Below, one piece after another: positions 26,651 to 40,703 of a DNA stretch of 64,000 bases. The notes beneath the pieces are model-generated. The model saw nothing but the letters and a program-made list of their open reading frames with translations, was not told the DNA's origin and searched no databases. Source of the stretch: Octopus bimaculoides (Eukaryota); NCBI RefSeq assembly GCF_001194135.2, contig NC_068986.1, forward strand, positions 30,875,028 to 30,939,027. Reading direction: 5' to 3'. Position numbers and translations under genes: made by a program. The number at the start of each line of letters is the position of its first letter. Position 1 is the stretch's first letter.

Positions 26651-28481
26651 CAATCAGATTACCTTTAAGGTGGGGTATGGCCCTGTATATATTGTAGCAT
26701 CATCATCTTGCAGATAGGAGCAATGAGTCTTTGCTAATCTGCCAACTACTGGATATCATATTTTTTCCTAATTATTGAAATATTTCTGACTTTATAGTGG
26801 TTCAATTCTTGAATCCTACTGATTTTTATTTATAAAGGTGCTGAATTAATGTTTGAGTTTGGAGTCTGTAGCAAGGCTAAGCTTATGACTTTATTTGTGC
26901 TCATTCAGCACTCATTCAATCCAACCATTTGTGAGGTACAAATAACTTTAGACTCTAAAGCTACCATAAAGAAACAACAACAGCATACAAACAAACCATT
27001 CTTGGTACAAGACTTTAACAATAAATGAAAATCAAGAACATTTTCATGGAGATCTAATTTGTCCAACATCGAGGTAAAATGGAAAATACACAGCTGGTGG
27101 TATTATAAACTAATGACTCGGTAAAGATGCTTAGTAATGAAATTTCTAATCTTATCAGAAAAGAATGACATAGCAGTTACTATTTTTATATATCTTAATT
27201 TCTTGAGAGCTGGGATTTTATTTTTGTGGCTGAATTTTTGCAGATGGGAAGTCAAACTGCAAATTCAAGCTGATTCAATTTTCCATTAGAAATTTTAGAA
27301 GAAAGTAAACTTGTGTTTGTGGTTAGTTGAATATGATGTATAGTAACAAATTTTATTGAAATAAATTGCAGCATCTTAGATAATTGGTCTTCTGGTTTAT
27401 ATTAAGTTTAAAACTTGAATTTGTAGTGAGTTAATTTTTGTTGGTTGTTTTTTCTTATGGTTATTATTAATATTTATTGACATTATCTGATTACTAGACA
27501 AGTGTAAAATGGGGTCTTAGAACCAAACATATACATTAGCTTTACTTAATTCAGTTCATTTTTAGTAATATATTTATTGGGATTAGATTCAAGTGTTGTT
27601 AATTAGTCCACGGTCAGCTCTGATCAAGTAGAACTACAATCAAAAATATTCCAACTGTGACTTGTTTATGTGTGTATATATCTATATATATATATATTTA
27701 TCTCCAGAATTACATTGTTCCATATATCCTATTCTTAATATTCTAGGGTGATATTTAAGGGAATTTAGCTGCTATTACTTGCAGGTTGAATGACTCGTAG
27801 TGCTTACCTCATTGGCTCATAGATTCTAGTGTAGAGACATTTTATATTGTTTTCATAATGTAATAAATTGAAATTTTTGTTACAGGTATTCCTGAAGAAC
27901 TCTAGTTAAAATAATTCTTTTAATGACTCTGCCTATCTGCATATCTCATTGCAAATCCTGTCAGTTTTATTTGATACTCCACTTAGACAGAGGCATTGCT
28001 GTGTGGCTAAGAGTAGGTTCTGTCCCACTCTGCAACATCTTGGGCTGGTACCTTCTTCAGTTGCCTTGGGCTGGCCAATCTCTTATGAGTGAATTTCACT
28101 GATGGAAACTATTGATTCCATTGTGTGTGAAAGAGAGTGTTGATATTGACATTTCTTGTTGACACTATTATCCATTACTTTATGCTTTTAAAGACCTGTG
28201 GAGTATAAAAATCCCTTACCCCAAAATAGGTGAGGGTTGGTGACAGGAAGAGCATCTGGTTGTAAAATCCTGTGTTAAGAGCGAGTCGTGTCGAGGTCAT
28301 GTTAGCATGGAAAAATGGACACTAAAATTGAACAAGCCATGTAATCAGTTTAAATCTTTATTACAGGTATTCCTGAACTTTCATAGCTGAAGTAACTCTA
28401 TCACCAATTCTGCCCATCTACATAGCTTTATTGTAAACCATATTCTGTATTTTATTGAGTACTTCCTTATTTACCTTTCAG

Positions 28482-28656
28482 ATTAAATATCATGAAGATT
28501 TTGAGAAATCGAAAGGAAAATTCATCACCATTGCTGATGATCCAGAATTGCAACGCATCAAGCAGAATACTCAGATTCAGAGTGAGATCAGCTATAAGGG
28601 TATCAAACAAACCCGGGATTTTATGGAACAACGACGACCAGATCAAGCTGCTCAGG
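28482..28656 (+). CDS. Lasp: Canonical Lasp nebulin-repeat exon (175 nt, phase 0/1): IKYHEDFEKSKGKFITIADDPELQRIKQNTQIQSEISYKGIKQTRDFMEQRRPDQAAQ
   Basis: Strong acceptor ccttatttacctttcag| and donor cagg|gtaaca. It closely resembles the LASP1/nebulette repeats (YKEEFEK.KG...VADTPELQRIK; IKYHEEFEKS). Confidence 0.93.
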
Positions 28657-31210
28657 GTAACATATACCATTTCTTCTTGTTTTCAATGATGCACTTTTCG
28701 TTTTTAATATCTAAATAATCCTGTTTAATTTTGAGGGAGTTTTCTTATGGTGAGCAATAATATTGAATGGTTTAACATTGCTGACTTGCAATAAACAGGG
28801 CTTTGTTCAAGTTCTTATTTCAATTTTATTATAACTCTATCAGACAAGCAAATAAAACTGAATAGTTTATCAAAACTCACAGTTTACGCCTATCTACATC
28901 TTATGCACTATTCTGTCCAGTTTTGTTTGTTTGTTTGATAATGGAGAATAAAAAAATAAAAACACATTTTCTCTAAACTAAGAAAGTTAAATAATTTTTC
29001 TTTACACTGCACCAGCATAGATTGTAGCCCACTGGTAGCAGCTAGTAAAAGTGTAAGTTTATATGTTGAGATGTGGACACTCATGTAACATTTCGCTGCA
29101 GCACCTCCTGTATATTTTCTGCAACTCTGCACAGTTGCCAAGTTATCTGTTTTGGTAGATTAAACCCTTATCTGTGTAGGTTTGGAAGAAGAAAAAAATT
29201 GACACTAAATGAAATGAAGTTGGTATCAATTTACAATTATACATTTCGTATTAATACTAATAGTCTTATATTAGCATGAAGCCTAAGGCTTTTAGAGGAA
29301 CTAAAAGGGAAGCTGTGATATTCATGTTCTTTCCTAAACATTAAGTAGAGAAATTGTTCCAACCAGTTTTGTAAAGCTAAATCATGGACTTGGTATCTGT
29401 TTGCTATCAACTGTGGTATATAAATGTGTTATTCACCTCTAAAATGGATTGAACTATTGAATCTTCCATAAATAACCCTTTGACATTGAGGTTACTCTCT
29501 GAAATGTAATACTCATTTGTTCACATTGATTTAAATCATACGTTATCTTGTAGCTTGAGATTTTGACAATGTGATTGTTAATTTTTAGAATGACATTATA
29601 GGATATGTGTGAGAGGCCAGATCTGGGCTTTTTGAACATTAAACAGAATATATAGGCAAGATATGGCCTGTTTAAATGCTAAAGGGATAAGCTGTAGCCT
29701 CTACTATAGCTGAAACAATAACCCAACTTTCAGTGACATAATCACAGTTGTAGCTTGCAATAAACCTTTCCGTCATATATGAATTATAACAAACCAACGA
29801 AATATTTCTCTTTAATAAACCTGTTAAGAAATTTCCAATATTTATAAAAATTCAAAATATTTTGAACACTGTTCTGTATTTAACCCTTTCATATCCTAGA
29901 ATACCTCAATTAAATCAAAACTTCAGTTTAAATAACCTTTTTATATTTTTACTCCACGCCATGGTCTGCTTTTTTAACTGCTACCTCTAAACAAGATCTG
30001 TCTTACAAGAGGTAATTTGGCTATGAAGGGGTTACTTTAGTTAAATGTTGACCTCTGTTTCCTTTTTGGCACTTGTGTGTTTCAACACTAATTCCTATAT
30101 AACCTGATATTATTTTACTGTTTATATATTGGAGCAAGCTTATTTTGTCTATATTTCGCTTTAAAATACTGTTATTATTTTGCCATACTCAACACCCAAA
30201 TGACAATAATTTTGATTTTATTTCAATTAAAAAACAAAAAAAAAAAACTGAAACAAATATTATTTTCAGTTTTCCGTCAAAAATAATTTTTCTGATTTTT
30301 GTTTTTTTTGTAAATTAAATTCATAAAGAATATTTTCTTTTTTGATATTTCAATTTAATTTTTTTTCATCTTTGTTTATATTTTCGAAATTCAGACTAAC
30401 AAATTTGGGTGTTGATATTCTTTGCCAATAAAGCTCAATTCATTGTCAGTGTGATGTTAGTTGCATGTGTTACCTTCACCCCCTCCCCCATTGTTTTAAG
30501 TACTCTCTTAAGCTTAATGTTATCCCAAATCAAAAGATAAATTGCTACATTTCCATTGTTTGATCATAGTACTTTACTCTTCCTTCTGCTTATTAGTAAT
30601 TACTGGTAGCCTTGAATTAACATGTTTAGCTTTATAGTTGGACTTAATTAATACTCTTGACTTGTATGTGGCCTGGCCTTGTCTCCCCTTCTCTCTCTCT
30701 GTCTCGCACGTTCTCTAGCTAACACATCCAGTGACTCGTAGTGTGGTTTTCTTCCCTTCTATTTCAGAAGCTATTAGATATTGTTTTAGGTAAAGTACAG
30801 CTTATAGCTTAGCAATTTGAAAGCAAGTTAGTGTGTGTTTGTGTCTGTCTCTCTTATCTTTTGGACATTTCTTAAGTGTTACAGCCTTCAAACATAGATT
30901 TAGAAAAGGTTATTATTAGAAGATTAAAATGCAGCTCATTGTGTGTGTGTGTGATAACTCACAAATTATCTAATGCATTAAATAATTGCAAGGAACATTG
31001 CATTCTTTTACTTTTTGCAATCATTGGACTGGTGCCATGTTGTGGTGCCATTTTCAAGGATCTTGGTCAATCGTATCAACACTAGTACTTCAGCTTGGGA
31101 CTTATTTTATTGATCTTTTTCTATCAAATGGCTGAATTGCCTTTCTGACATAAAGGGATGCAGCTTAACACACCAGTTTACATAAGTAAGCTTAAAATGG
31201 TTGGTAGGAG

Positions 31211-31246
<36 letters not shown>

Positions 31247-32412
31247 CCACCCACCCACACACACGTGTATGTGCACATGCATGCACACACGTTTCCCTCC
31301 ACACATACACATGACAGGTTTTTGTACAGTTTCTATCTACCGAATTTCACTCACATGGCATTTATACAAAGACAGGATGGTCATAGCTGGAATATCTTTG
31401 ATCATAAGTCTTCTGTATTTGGACTGAGGAGAAGCTAAATATAATCAACAAGAATATACCCTCCTGGTTTTTTTTTTTTTTTTAATATTTTTGCTCCTAT
31501 GCTCTTTTGTTAGTTCTTGAGATTGATTTATCTTGTCCAAGAAGAAAGTGACTTAGAGCTAGCTGATCAAATAGAATATTTACAAATTGGTAAATCCTCT
31601 GGAACTTGATATCAGTTTCCAGAAACAGTTCTGTACCATTGCCAACAAGATTGGTTTATTCTACTTTAAGACTTGGCATTCATTTTCTGTTGGAAAACAG
31701 TGGTTTGAAACAACAGTTCTGTCTGCTAACCAGTCTCTTCATAATTAAAACAGTTTGTTGGTTCTTCTTTCATCTTCAATGGATGTATTTAATAATAGTT
31801 GAAAGTAACAAGCACTCTTCTAAAGAAACAAAACTTTTATTTATTTATATGGAGGCATAGACATTGTGTGGTGGAGGTATATGGCTTAGTGGTTATGGTG
31901 TTTGACTCATGATCATACAATTATGGTTTCAATTCCTGAACTGGGAGATGCATTGTGTTCTTTAATAAAATGCTTCATTTCATGTCCTTTTTAGGAAGGG
32001 GTATATATGGCGGAGAAACCAGGAAACTAGTTCTGTGCTCCTTACTGAGTAATCTGGACTAACCAATGTCTTGAATAATTTTAATAAACAGAAACTAAAC
32101 AGACGCCTGTTATAGTGTGTGTGTGTGTGTGTGTGTGTCTCCATTTGATTGCCAGTGTTGTCTTGTTTACATCCCTTTAGCTTAGTGGATTAGTAAAAAA
32201 GGGCATGACACAATGTGCACTAGATTTTGAAAAAAGGTGCTGAGCTCAGTTTGATTGACTTGCTATATGAAAGTGGTTCTCCAGAAGGACCAGTAAAAGA
32301 ACAAAAGAATATTTTGTTCTATTTTTGAGTATCTTATATTCTTTGTAATAATTTTGACTTGTAGTCACTGAAATTTAGTTCTTTAAAAACTTCTGGGAAG
32401 AATGTCCATATG

Positions 32413-32576
32413 TTACTTTTTACTTGTTTCAATTATTGGACTGTGGCCATGCTGGGGCACAGCCTTGAAGGGTTTAATTGAACAAATGAATTCCAGTGCA
32501 TCTATTGGTTTCTTATACTGAACCACTTTGTTACAGGATGCGAACAAACACCAGTTGTCAAGTGGAGGCAGAGGTG

Positions 32577-32611
<35 letters not shown>

Positions 32612-32820
32612 TTATTTAATATTCATGTTGCTGTGGGTTGGATGGTTTGACAGGGTCTAATGTGTCTAATGACTGCATCAAACTCCAATATCTGCTTTGG
32701 CATGGTGATTTAAAGGCTGGATGCCCTTCCTAATGCCAACCACTTTACAACATTTGTGTGTGTGTATACACACGCATGTTGTAAAGTGGTTGACATTAGA
32801 AAGGGTATCGCATGCACACA

Positions 32821-32863
<43 letters not shown>

Positions 32864-32975
32864 ATCATCTTCCAAATTCACTCATAAGGCATTGGTCAGC
32901 CCAGGGCTATAGTAGAAAATACTTGACCAAGGTGCTGCACAGTGGGACTGAACTTGAAACAACATGGTTGCAGTA
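32413..32975 (-). mobile_element. Same SINE family, reverse orientation, interrupted by another repeat fragment at about 32610-32810
   Basis: The minus strand carries the head gttcagtcccactgtgcagcaccttggtcaag and the tail ccccagcatggccacagtccaataattgaaacaagtaaaa. Confidence 0.7.
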
Positions 32976-33700
32976 TAAGCGTCTTAGCCTGAAGCTGTGC
33001 CTCCATGTATGGTAATTATTTCTTTTTACTGTAGGATTTAGTTTTAAATATGCTGGATATAATGCCCCTCTGTTTTATCTCTGTAGCAAAGTCAGAATAT
33101 AGATAAGCATACTACTCTGAAGAATTTAATCTCAGCTTGTTCAGTTTAGATCTGTTTTATTATTATTATTTATTATTTTTACTGTTATTTTATCTTATTT
33201 TGTGGTACAGTTCTTTTTTTCTTCTTCTTCTTTTCACTTTTCTTTTTTAAATAATGCATATCTCTCTCTCATTGGATGATATTCTTAGAAGGAAACACTA
33301 TCTGCACATCATTTCAGCCATTAAAGGGTGTAGATTATTGATTTCAATGTGGTTTTCTGATAGCAAGCTGAACATAATATACACTGTGTCTGCAAAGGAG
33401 TTAATGTTTGGTCTTGTAGTAATTTATCTTATTCACATTTAACTTAATAATTTTATAACCAAGCAATAAATCCTTATGTAAGCCCCCACCTCCGTCACAC
33501 CCCACTCCAGAATCAGATCATCATGAATTAATATCAACTATACATCACTGTGCCACTGATAGAAAGCTTTGTATGCAGTTCTCTTCACATTGTTTTCTTT
33601 TTTTTTTTTAAATCTTGGAGAGACTTTTCATTTGCATGCAGCCTAATTGCCTTACCAATGTTAGCTTGACTTTGTTCTGTTGCATTGACCTCTTTGGTAG

Positions 33701-33907
33701 ATGGTCTTCCTCCTCCTCCTCCTATGTCTTCTACTACTACTACTGCTGCAGCTGGTGGAGGTGGTAGTGGGGTCCCCACAATTGGCAGCATTGGGCGACC
33801 TGGTAGGATCAGTGACTACGACCCCTACCAAGAGAATTCATCCTTCAACTCCCCATACTCTGCTAAGTCCCAGGCCACTACCATTTATGATTCTAGAATT
33901 GGACAAG
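33701..33907 (+). CDS. Lasp: Lasp linker exon (207 nt, phase 1/1): DGLPPPPPMSSTTTTAAAGGGGSGVPTIGSIGRPGRISDYDPYQENSSFNSPYSAKSQATTIYDSRIGQ
   Basis: Bounded by ctctttggtag| and |gtgagt. It is in frame with the 28482 exon. It is a GC-richer island with a poly-Pro/Gly low-complexity linker and a DYDP motif. Confidence 0.85.
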
Positions 33908-35490
33908 GTGAGTCTGGAAACCAAACATTTATCAGTTAAATATTTTAATAAATCTCAATGTTGGTTGTCAGTAAGTTTCTTTTGAATTCTGTTATAGAAT
34001 ATTGTCAGCAATATTCTATTTGTATGATACACACATTCACACACAACAGCAAATTATAAACTCTTCTGTAAACTTTATTGTTCTGAATATAACAACACAG
34101 AATTCATTGACAATTCACTGTATTTAAAAAACAAGATTTTCTGGGGGGAAAAAGGAAAAAAACTTTTATCTTTCCATAAATATATAAAACAGTTTCTATT
34201 CTAAGTCAAATGTGTAGAAGAATAGCTAATATATAAAATTAGTTTTAGAATGGCTAACTAAGAATGAAGTCAAAATGTTGCCATTAAAATATTTTTTTTT
34301 CTTTTATTTCTTCAAGTTAACAGAAATCCATTTAGCTGGCATTTTCTATTTTTTATCACTGAAATGTTTTAAGACTGCTCTTGTCGAGATTTAATGTCAA
34401 AGAAACGCAGACAATGAATATGCTGAACTTGAAGCAGTTCTTAAGAATGTTAAATCTCGATGAGACAGTGACAATAATTTGTTGCATTTGTGGGATTTAT
34501 TCCAAGATATACTGTAAAATGATTGCCTTAACCCCATTCACCTTCTCTGGATTTTTACTCAGGGCAACTGAGAAAGTGTAGTGAGCTGAATATGGCGCAT
34601 TGCAATACCTGCTTTTCTCTATCCTCCATAACAGTCCTGCCATAATCAATTTTGTCAATCTCACCAGGGTTGATACCACAAGCATTAAGCAAACTAAAGT
34701 CATGTTGACTCACCCCTTCCTCTCATATAAATCAATTGACCCTATATATAAACATTTTGGTAGCCTTTTATGTGTTACGAATAATGGAGCTGCTGCCATT
34801 TTGTTAATGATAAATGGGGTAAGATGAGAAAAGGGCATCTACATGCTTTTAGTAAACATTGTCTACTCAAAGAGTGTCTCTTTTGTATCAGTGTTGTGTT
34901 CCTTTACTGCACTGACAGAACCTGCCTATCACTTAGCACTACCTTTCCATGCATTTCTTCTGCAATATGCACTTGGTGGTATTTGGGGTTTTTGTATTTT
35001 CATATTTTGTTCCTAATTACTTTTCATTGGTGAAAAATCTTCATTTCACTGTACTTAAAATTTTCTAATTATTATTAATATGTAACACTATATGTTAGAA
35101 ATAACTTTTAAAATTTACTGCTCTGTATCTTATAAATCTATTTATAATTGGCAAAAAGAAAAAAAAAAATGTGGAGATTTTGTAATTCAAATTGCTATAA
35201 AAACATGCTATTAAATACTACCCTAGAATTCTGTAATATAGAATATATGTACATATTAACTGAAAGCCTTTAAGCAGTTGCTTGACTTGCTAGAAATAAC
35301 AACTAAATGTCCCTAAAGCCACAAACCCTGCTGTCTTATGTGGTCCTAAATTTACTGTCTATGAAAAAACTTTGAGATTGTTATGACTGGATTGCCTTTG
35401 ATCATAGTTCTATCTGATCAGGACCAAGCTGGAAGTAAACAGCAACACTTATTTCAGAGTTATTTCATTGTTGCATACTTAATTCACTTT

Positions 35491-35521
<31 letters not shown>

Positions 35522-36823
35522 GATAACCCAAATTAATAAATTAAATTAATTTAGCATATACTAAATTAACCATTTTGGGATTATAAAGAAATATCTATTA
35601 TTCATAAAAATGTATTCATTCTACACTAAAACATCTATTCTAGCACTAATGAATTAAACTTTATTATACTTACAAATGGAATATTATTTAATAGATCTTC
35701 TATTACAACTATGTGTATCATACAATGTTCATATAAATATGTAGCATTTTATGTTTAATGTCTGTGGTTTGAGACAAAAAGTTGCATCTTTGATAAGTTT
35801 TTTATAGTTTTTTAGAAAATATACACTGTCTGATAAAAATGTATACGCACTTCTTTTATTTGTTAATTGTGAGATCCTTGGTAGGATCTTATTTATAAGT
35901 TGATTTTGAATCCTTTGTGATTATCATATATAAAGAATATGAAAGAACCCATCAATCCCTCTGGTCATTATTGGATAGCTCTGGCCAGCTCTAACTGAGC
36001 AGTCAATTGACACAGATATTTTATTGAATGCTGAAGGCCAGCCTATAGGTTTTGTACACTAAGTATTTTGAGCTTCTGTCTATATATTGCCATTAAGAAT
36101 TGCTTATATTCTGTTTACCTAGTTTAGGTGCAGATTAGCAGTCAGGACACTTACATCTACTCTGTCTACTTTTGACATGATTGAAGACTGTTGATGACTT
36201 CTGAAACAGGGATGGGCAAGCGATGGTCAGACTCAGTACACAAGTTTTTAATAACTTGAGATTTAATGCAAGTAGCTGTCTAACACTCAACTTAAAACTA
36301 GTTTAGTATTGTTGCTCAGTTCTTGGATTTTGAAATAGCTCTGTTGTAGTTTTATCTATGTAAAGCTGTCGCACAATTTATTCATGATAAATATTCAAAA
36401 AATTTGAATAAACTTTCAGTTGTATACATCCTAAAGTTTATCTTTCAACCAAGTGTGTATACATGTTTATAGACTGTATAGTATTAGAAAGCTTAAATTT
36501 CTTGACTTATCTCTGATGCCTGTCTAAATTGCATTATATATTCTTTTGATATGGTGATGTTTTGTTTGATTCCTAACATAACAAACAATTGTTTCTTTGA
36601 TTTGATTTTTTTTTTTATTTTTAAATTTTCTATTCAGTAAGTAAATTAACTTTTGATTAAACTTAAATTGTTTATATATATTGTTCTAAATGTTTTTAAA
36701 GAGGACCTGGGTAAGTAATAATTTTTTTCCCTTCCAAACTTTCATTGTTGGATATCATAATAGATTTCATCTGTCTTAAAATATCAGCTCATGTTTAATT
36801 ATTTAGCTTTTTGGTTTTTTTAG

Positions 36824-36859
36824 TGGACAAATCCAAAAATACTTCAGCAGCTAAGACAG
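36824..36859 (+). CDS. Lasp: Candidate linker microexon (36 nt, phase 1/1): VDKSKNTSAAKT
   Basis: Bounded by ttttttag| and cag|gttggt. It preserves the frame and has no stop. Its donor flank is shared with the 38356 exon. Confidence 0.6.
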
Positions 36860-37881
36860 GTTGGTTTAGCACATGCAGTCTGCCTCCTGGCTTCTTTTTT
36901 TCTCTCCCCACAAATGCTTAGCTAGCTCTTCAAATTGACTTTTGTAATAATGATTCACTGCATTTAGCAAATTTAATATTATATGTGATTAATTTCACTT
37001 GTTCAAGCTGTCAGTTTGACAAGAAGTTTTTAATGTTTAGGTGTAATAGTTTGCAGTACTTGATAAATTTAATCTAGTTCAAACTTCATTTTCACTTAGC
37101 ACTGAATTTTTAAATTATATAGATTGAAAAAAAAATGTCTGATAGATTCCCAAATATGTTAGATACCTTTCTTTCCTTTTAATGTCATAATTATGTTTAA
37201 AATTATCATTAAAGCAAATATTTTTTCCTTGCAATCTGGCTGTTTTCACTAGTTGAGTAGTAATATTTCACTGGCACTTAAAAATCAAAAACTACTAAAG
37301 TAAATTCAATAATGAGGGACAGATATTACTTAGCATAGAACTTTGCACATCCTATTCATTTCTGCTTTGTGATAATGGTGTGAGACATCTTTTGACAAAC
37401 TGTTATAATAATACTTCATGTAGGTATATAATATCTGAATCACAGATAAGGAACAAAAAAGCAAATATTTGTGCAAGTGGCCTTCTTGGCACCTTAAGAG
37501 GCCAACAACATCAAAGAGTTGAAAAATATTTTTGCTGAGAGAATGTTTGCATATGAAAGGTTTAGATCATATCTAAGTACGGATGTGGTCGATATCTGGC
37601 AAATTAATCATAGTTATTTCATAATCTGTTGCGAGAACATTATTTTATGGTTTAACATTAGTAACGATGTAAATAAATTGGTTCACCAATGACTTTTTGT
37701 GCCAGAAAGTAAACAACTTTTTGAAGGAGAGAAGGATAATATTCTAATCTTCGTAGTATAAATAATTTGAATTGAATTTCAAACTAGTTTGGCCATGTCT
37801 GAAATTAGAATTATTTTATTTTTGTCATTCAAATGGCAGAAATGATAACCAGTGCTGGAATAAATGCTTTTTAGTCTTTAA

Positions 37882-38053
37882 CCCTTTAGCATTCAGATTT
37901 CATTGTCAAATGTAATGCAAGCTTCAAAATTTCAATGATGTAATGGTTTATTTTTAGAATGGCATTGTAAGGTAGGTATGAGGTTGGATCTAGCCAGTTT
38001 GAACACGAAACAGAATGTTCAGACCTCATATGGCCAGTTTAAATGTTAAAGGG
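37882..38053. mobile_element. TTAA-flanked piggyBac-like MITE, second family (172 bp)
   Basis: TTAA|CCCTTTAGCATT ... AATGTTAAAGGG|TTAA, an 11/12 TIR match. Confidence 0.75.
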
Positions 38054-38355
38054 TTAATGTTTTCTATGTTCAACATTCAAATCTTGCCACACATATTCAA
38101 GGTTGTAAGTATGTTCGGTTATGTATTGGAATCAATTCAACTGATGATGGACTACACAAATTTATGGTGTGATTCCAATAATAGAAATCAATCGTGTTTG
38201 AAACCAATAATTAGTAATTAAAATCATTGACTTTAAGTATATGGGTAAATTAGTTAGAATTTTTTTTCTTTTATTTACATTGTAATCATGTATAAAATAT
38301 TTGATCCATGTGATCCTGCTGATTTCATCCTTATTTTGATTTGAACTGTTTCTAG

Positions 38356-38403
38356 TTGAAAAAGTAGCCAAAAGCAAAGAAAGTTCTAAGTCATCTAAGA
38401 AAG
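38356..38403 (+). CDS. Lasp: Candidate linker microexon (48 nt, phase 1/1): VEKVAKSKESSKSSKK
   Basis: Bounded by ctgtttctag| and aag|gttggt. It preserves the frame and is K/S-rich like 36824. Its donor flank gttggttagcacttgca matches gttggtttagcacatgca of 36824. Confidence 0.6.
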
Positions 38404-38483
38404 GTTGGTTAGCACTTGCACACTGCTGGGAAAACTGTGTTGTCTTGATTGCTGCTTCATGGCATTTTTCTGCTTCTGTTTAG

Positions 38484-38504
38484 ACTTCCCGAACATTTCT
38501 CCCA
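38484..38504 (+). CDS. Lasp: Candidate linker microexon (21 nt, phase 1/1): DFPNISP
   Basis: Good acceptor ttttctgcttctgtttag| 80 nt after the 38403 donor, but the donor |gtagca is weak. Confidence 0.3.
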
Positions 38505-39087
38505 GTAGCATAAAAGGAAACAAAAAAAAAAAAAAANNNNNNNNNNAAAAAAAAAAAAAAAAAAAGAAATTGTGTTGAATTAGTTGGTGTTAATATTTCA
38601 CTAGTGGTATGCCCAATAGATTTTTGTGTAATAAACATGGTCACATGTATACATACATACATTCATTCATTCATACATATATATTCTGTATGTAAAAACC
38701 TTAGTTGACTCAAGTATCTGCCCCTCTCCCCCCAATATTTGTTGCTGCTGATGCTATTGTTCATTCAACTGCTTTCAAGTGAAATAGAAATAGATGTTAG
38801 ATAATTAGAGAAATTAAATAACCCATTAGTTTTCTAGATTTCCCTCCGTTCATTAGCTGTTGTTGCTCTCTAATGTTTCTGATGTTTGGTAGCAGTTCAA
38901 ATAATCATGTTTGTTTTTAGCTCTTAATGAATTTACTTTCATTTTCAGAATGTGTGTGTGTATGTGTTTGTGTGCAATATATACACACATGATAAAATAA
39001 TATATATATATATATTTGATTTTGAATGCTTTTTATTTTTACCATTTACTATGTTTTTTTCATTTTTTTTTTTCTTGTGCTACCCAG

Positions 39088-39099
39088 TTAGATCTACAG
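39088..39099 (+). CDS. Lasp: Candidate linker microexon (12 nt, phase 1/1): VRST
   Basis: Long T tract, then tgtgctacccag|ttagatctacag|gttcgt. It preserves the frame. Confidence 0.45.
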
Positions 39100-39764
39100 G
39101 TTCGTGACTGTTCTTCCCTATGTATCATTTTTATTTTACTTCTCTTTTATATGAAATCTAATATTAAGTTCATATTACTAGGGGAAAAAAAGTAAATTTT
39201 TTTTTTCTTTTTAGAGAAATACAATAGATTGCTCTCATACACACACACACACATATACATGCACAAATTGTAGATGTTGATTAAAGATTGGTTTCTTTTG
39301 ATTATTCTTAATTAATGTGATTATCATCTCAATTTCTTCTAATTATACTAACAGTACATTCTCTATAACAAAATTTACTTCTGTTTTTCATTGTTTTGAA
39401 TATTGATTATTTTGAAATGTTTTTTTTTTAATTCTTTCAAATATTGTTTTTACATGTGCAACAGTTTTAATATTATATATATTAATATATTTAATGAGTT
39501 CAAGATGTTAACTCTGATATTTCTCCAAGTGTCATTTGAAGGATACTGTTTGACAGTAATATAGCAGCCATATTGTTATTTTGTTGAAGCTGTTTATTAA
39601 TGAGCATTATTAAAATGTTATCAATTATATATGCATAGAAATGAAATGCCAAATGCATAGAGTGGGCTGTCATATAGACATAAACTAGTTTGAAAACTGG
39701 TTTTATTATCCAAATATATTAAATCGATGATAGTAGTTCTCTCTCTTCCTTTCTCTTTCTGTTT

Positions 39765-39809
<45 letters not shown>

Positions 39810-40703
39810 ATTTGTAAAGCTGAACTTGAGTTGTTTCTTTTTAAATCTTATAATGTGTTGTCTTGTATGTGTTTGCATGCTTGTTTTGTCATAATTTTTC
39901 TTTAGCCTAATTATGAATATTTGTCCACTGAAACCTTTTATAATCACAAGCAGAATCTGCTAATTGGAGAATAACAGTTTTGATAAATTTTTGTACAAAC
40001 TAATCCAAATAAATTAACTATTAATCTGCTGTTTGTAAAATACATATTTTGTTTTAGTTGTTGTCATAGAAAAATTCTATAAAAGTAGATGTTCATAAGG
40101 ACATTCTCGATCCTTTTATTAGTTATTCATTGACCAGTTATTGTAAATGTTATTATCAATAGCATACTTCACAGTAAGTCTATTTTTATTGTTGTCCATT
40201 CAGTATATATATATGCGAAATATATATTTATATATGTCCATATACATGTGTGTGCTGTCTGTGTTTATGTTGTTTCATTGTGTCCCTTACTCTGTACTCT
40301 CTTGCAAGTGAAGTCAAACCTGAACTGTAGCTATCATTATAGCATATTCTAATTCAATGAAAGATTGAATACCTCTTTTATTTCTAATCTCTTCAATGTT
40401 TTATTGAATATTCTGGTTCAGTTTAGTTGTTATCATTGAGCAGGCTGTTTTCCAGTTTGTTATTGTGCAATTCAGGTGTGCTGTTCAATATTGTAAGCTA
40501 ATTTTAGCCTAACCAGACCCCTGTATAGAAATGTTGTATGGCCTGGCTTTATATATTTTATTTTACCATGGCTTAGTATAATTTCAGTGAAGTTATTTGA
40601 TGCTAGACATGGCATGAGCAGTTTGTGTTGTGGCCAGTTTTTGTTTGTATATTTATATGATGGTGTTTTTTTCTTTGTCTATTCAATAAGTTTCTTAAAC
40701 TAG

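Noticed and set aside
34490-34960. GC-richer stretch with short ORFs, and a similar one at 56400-56750
   Set aside because: Probably old LINE remnants, but no diagnostic motif could be read with confidence.
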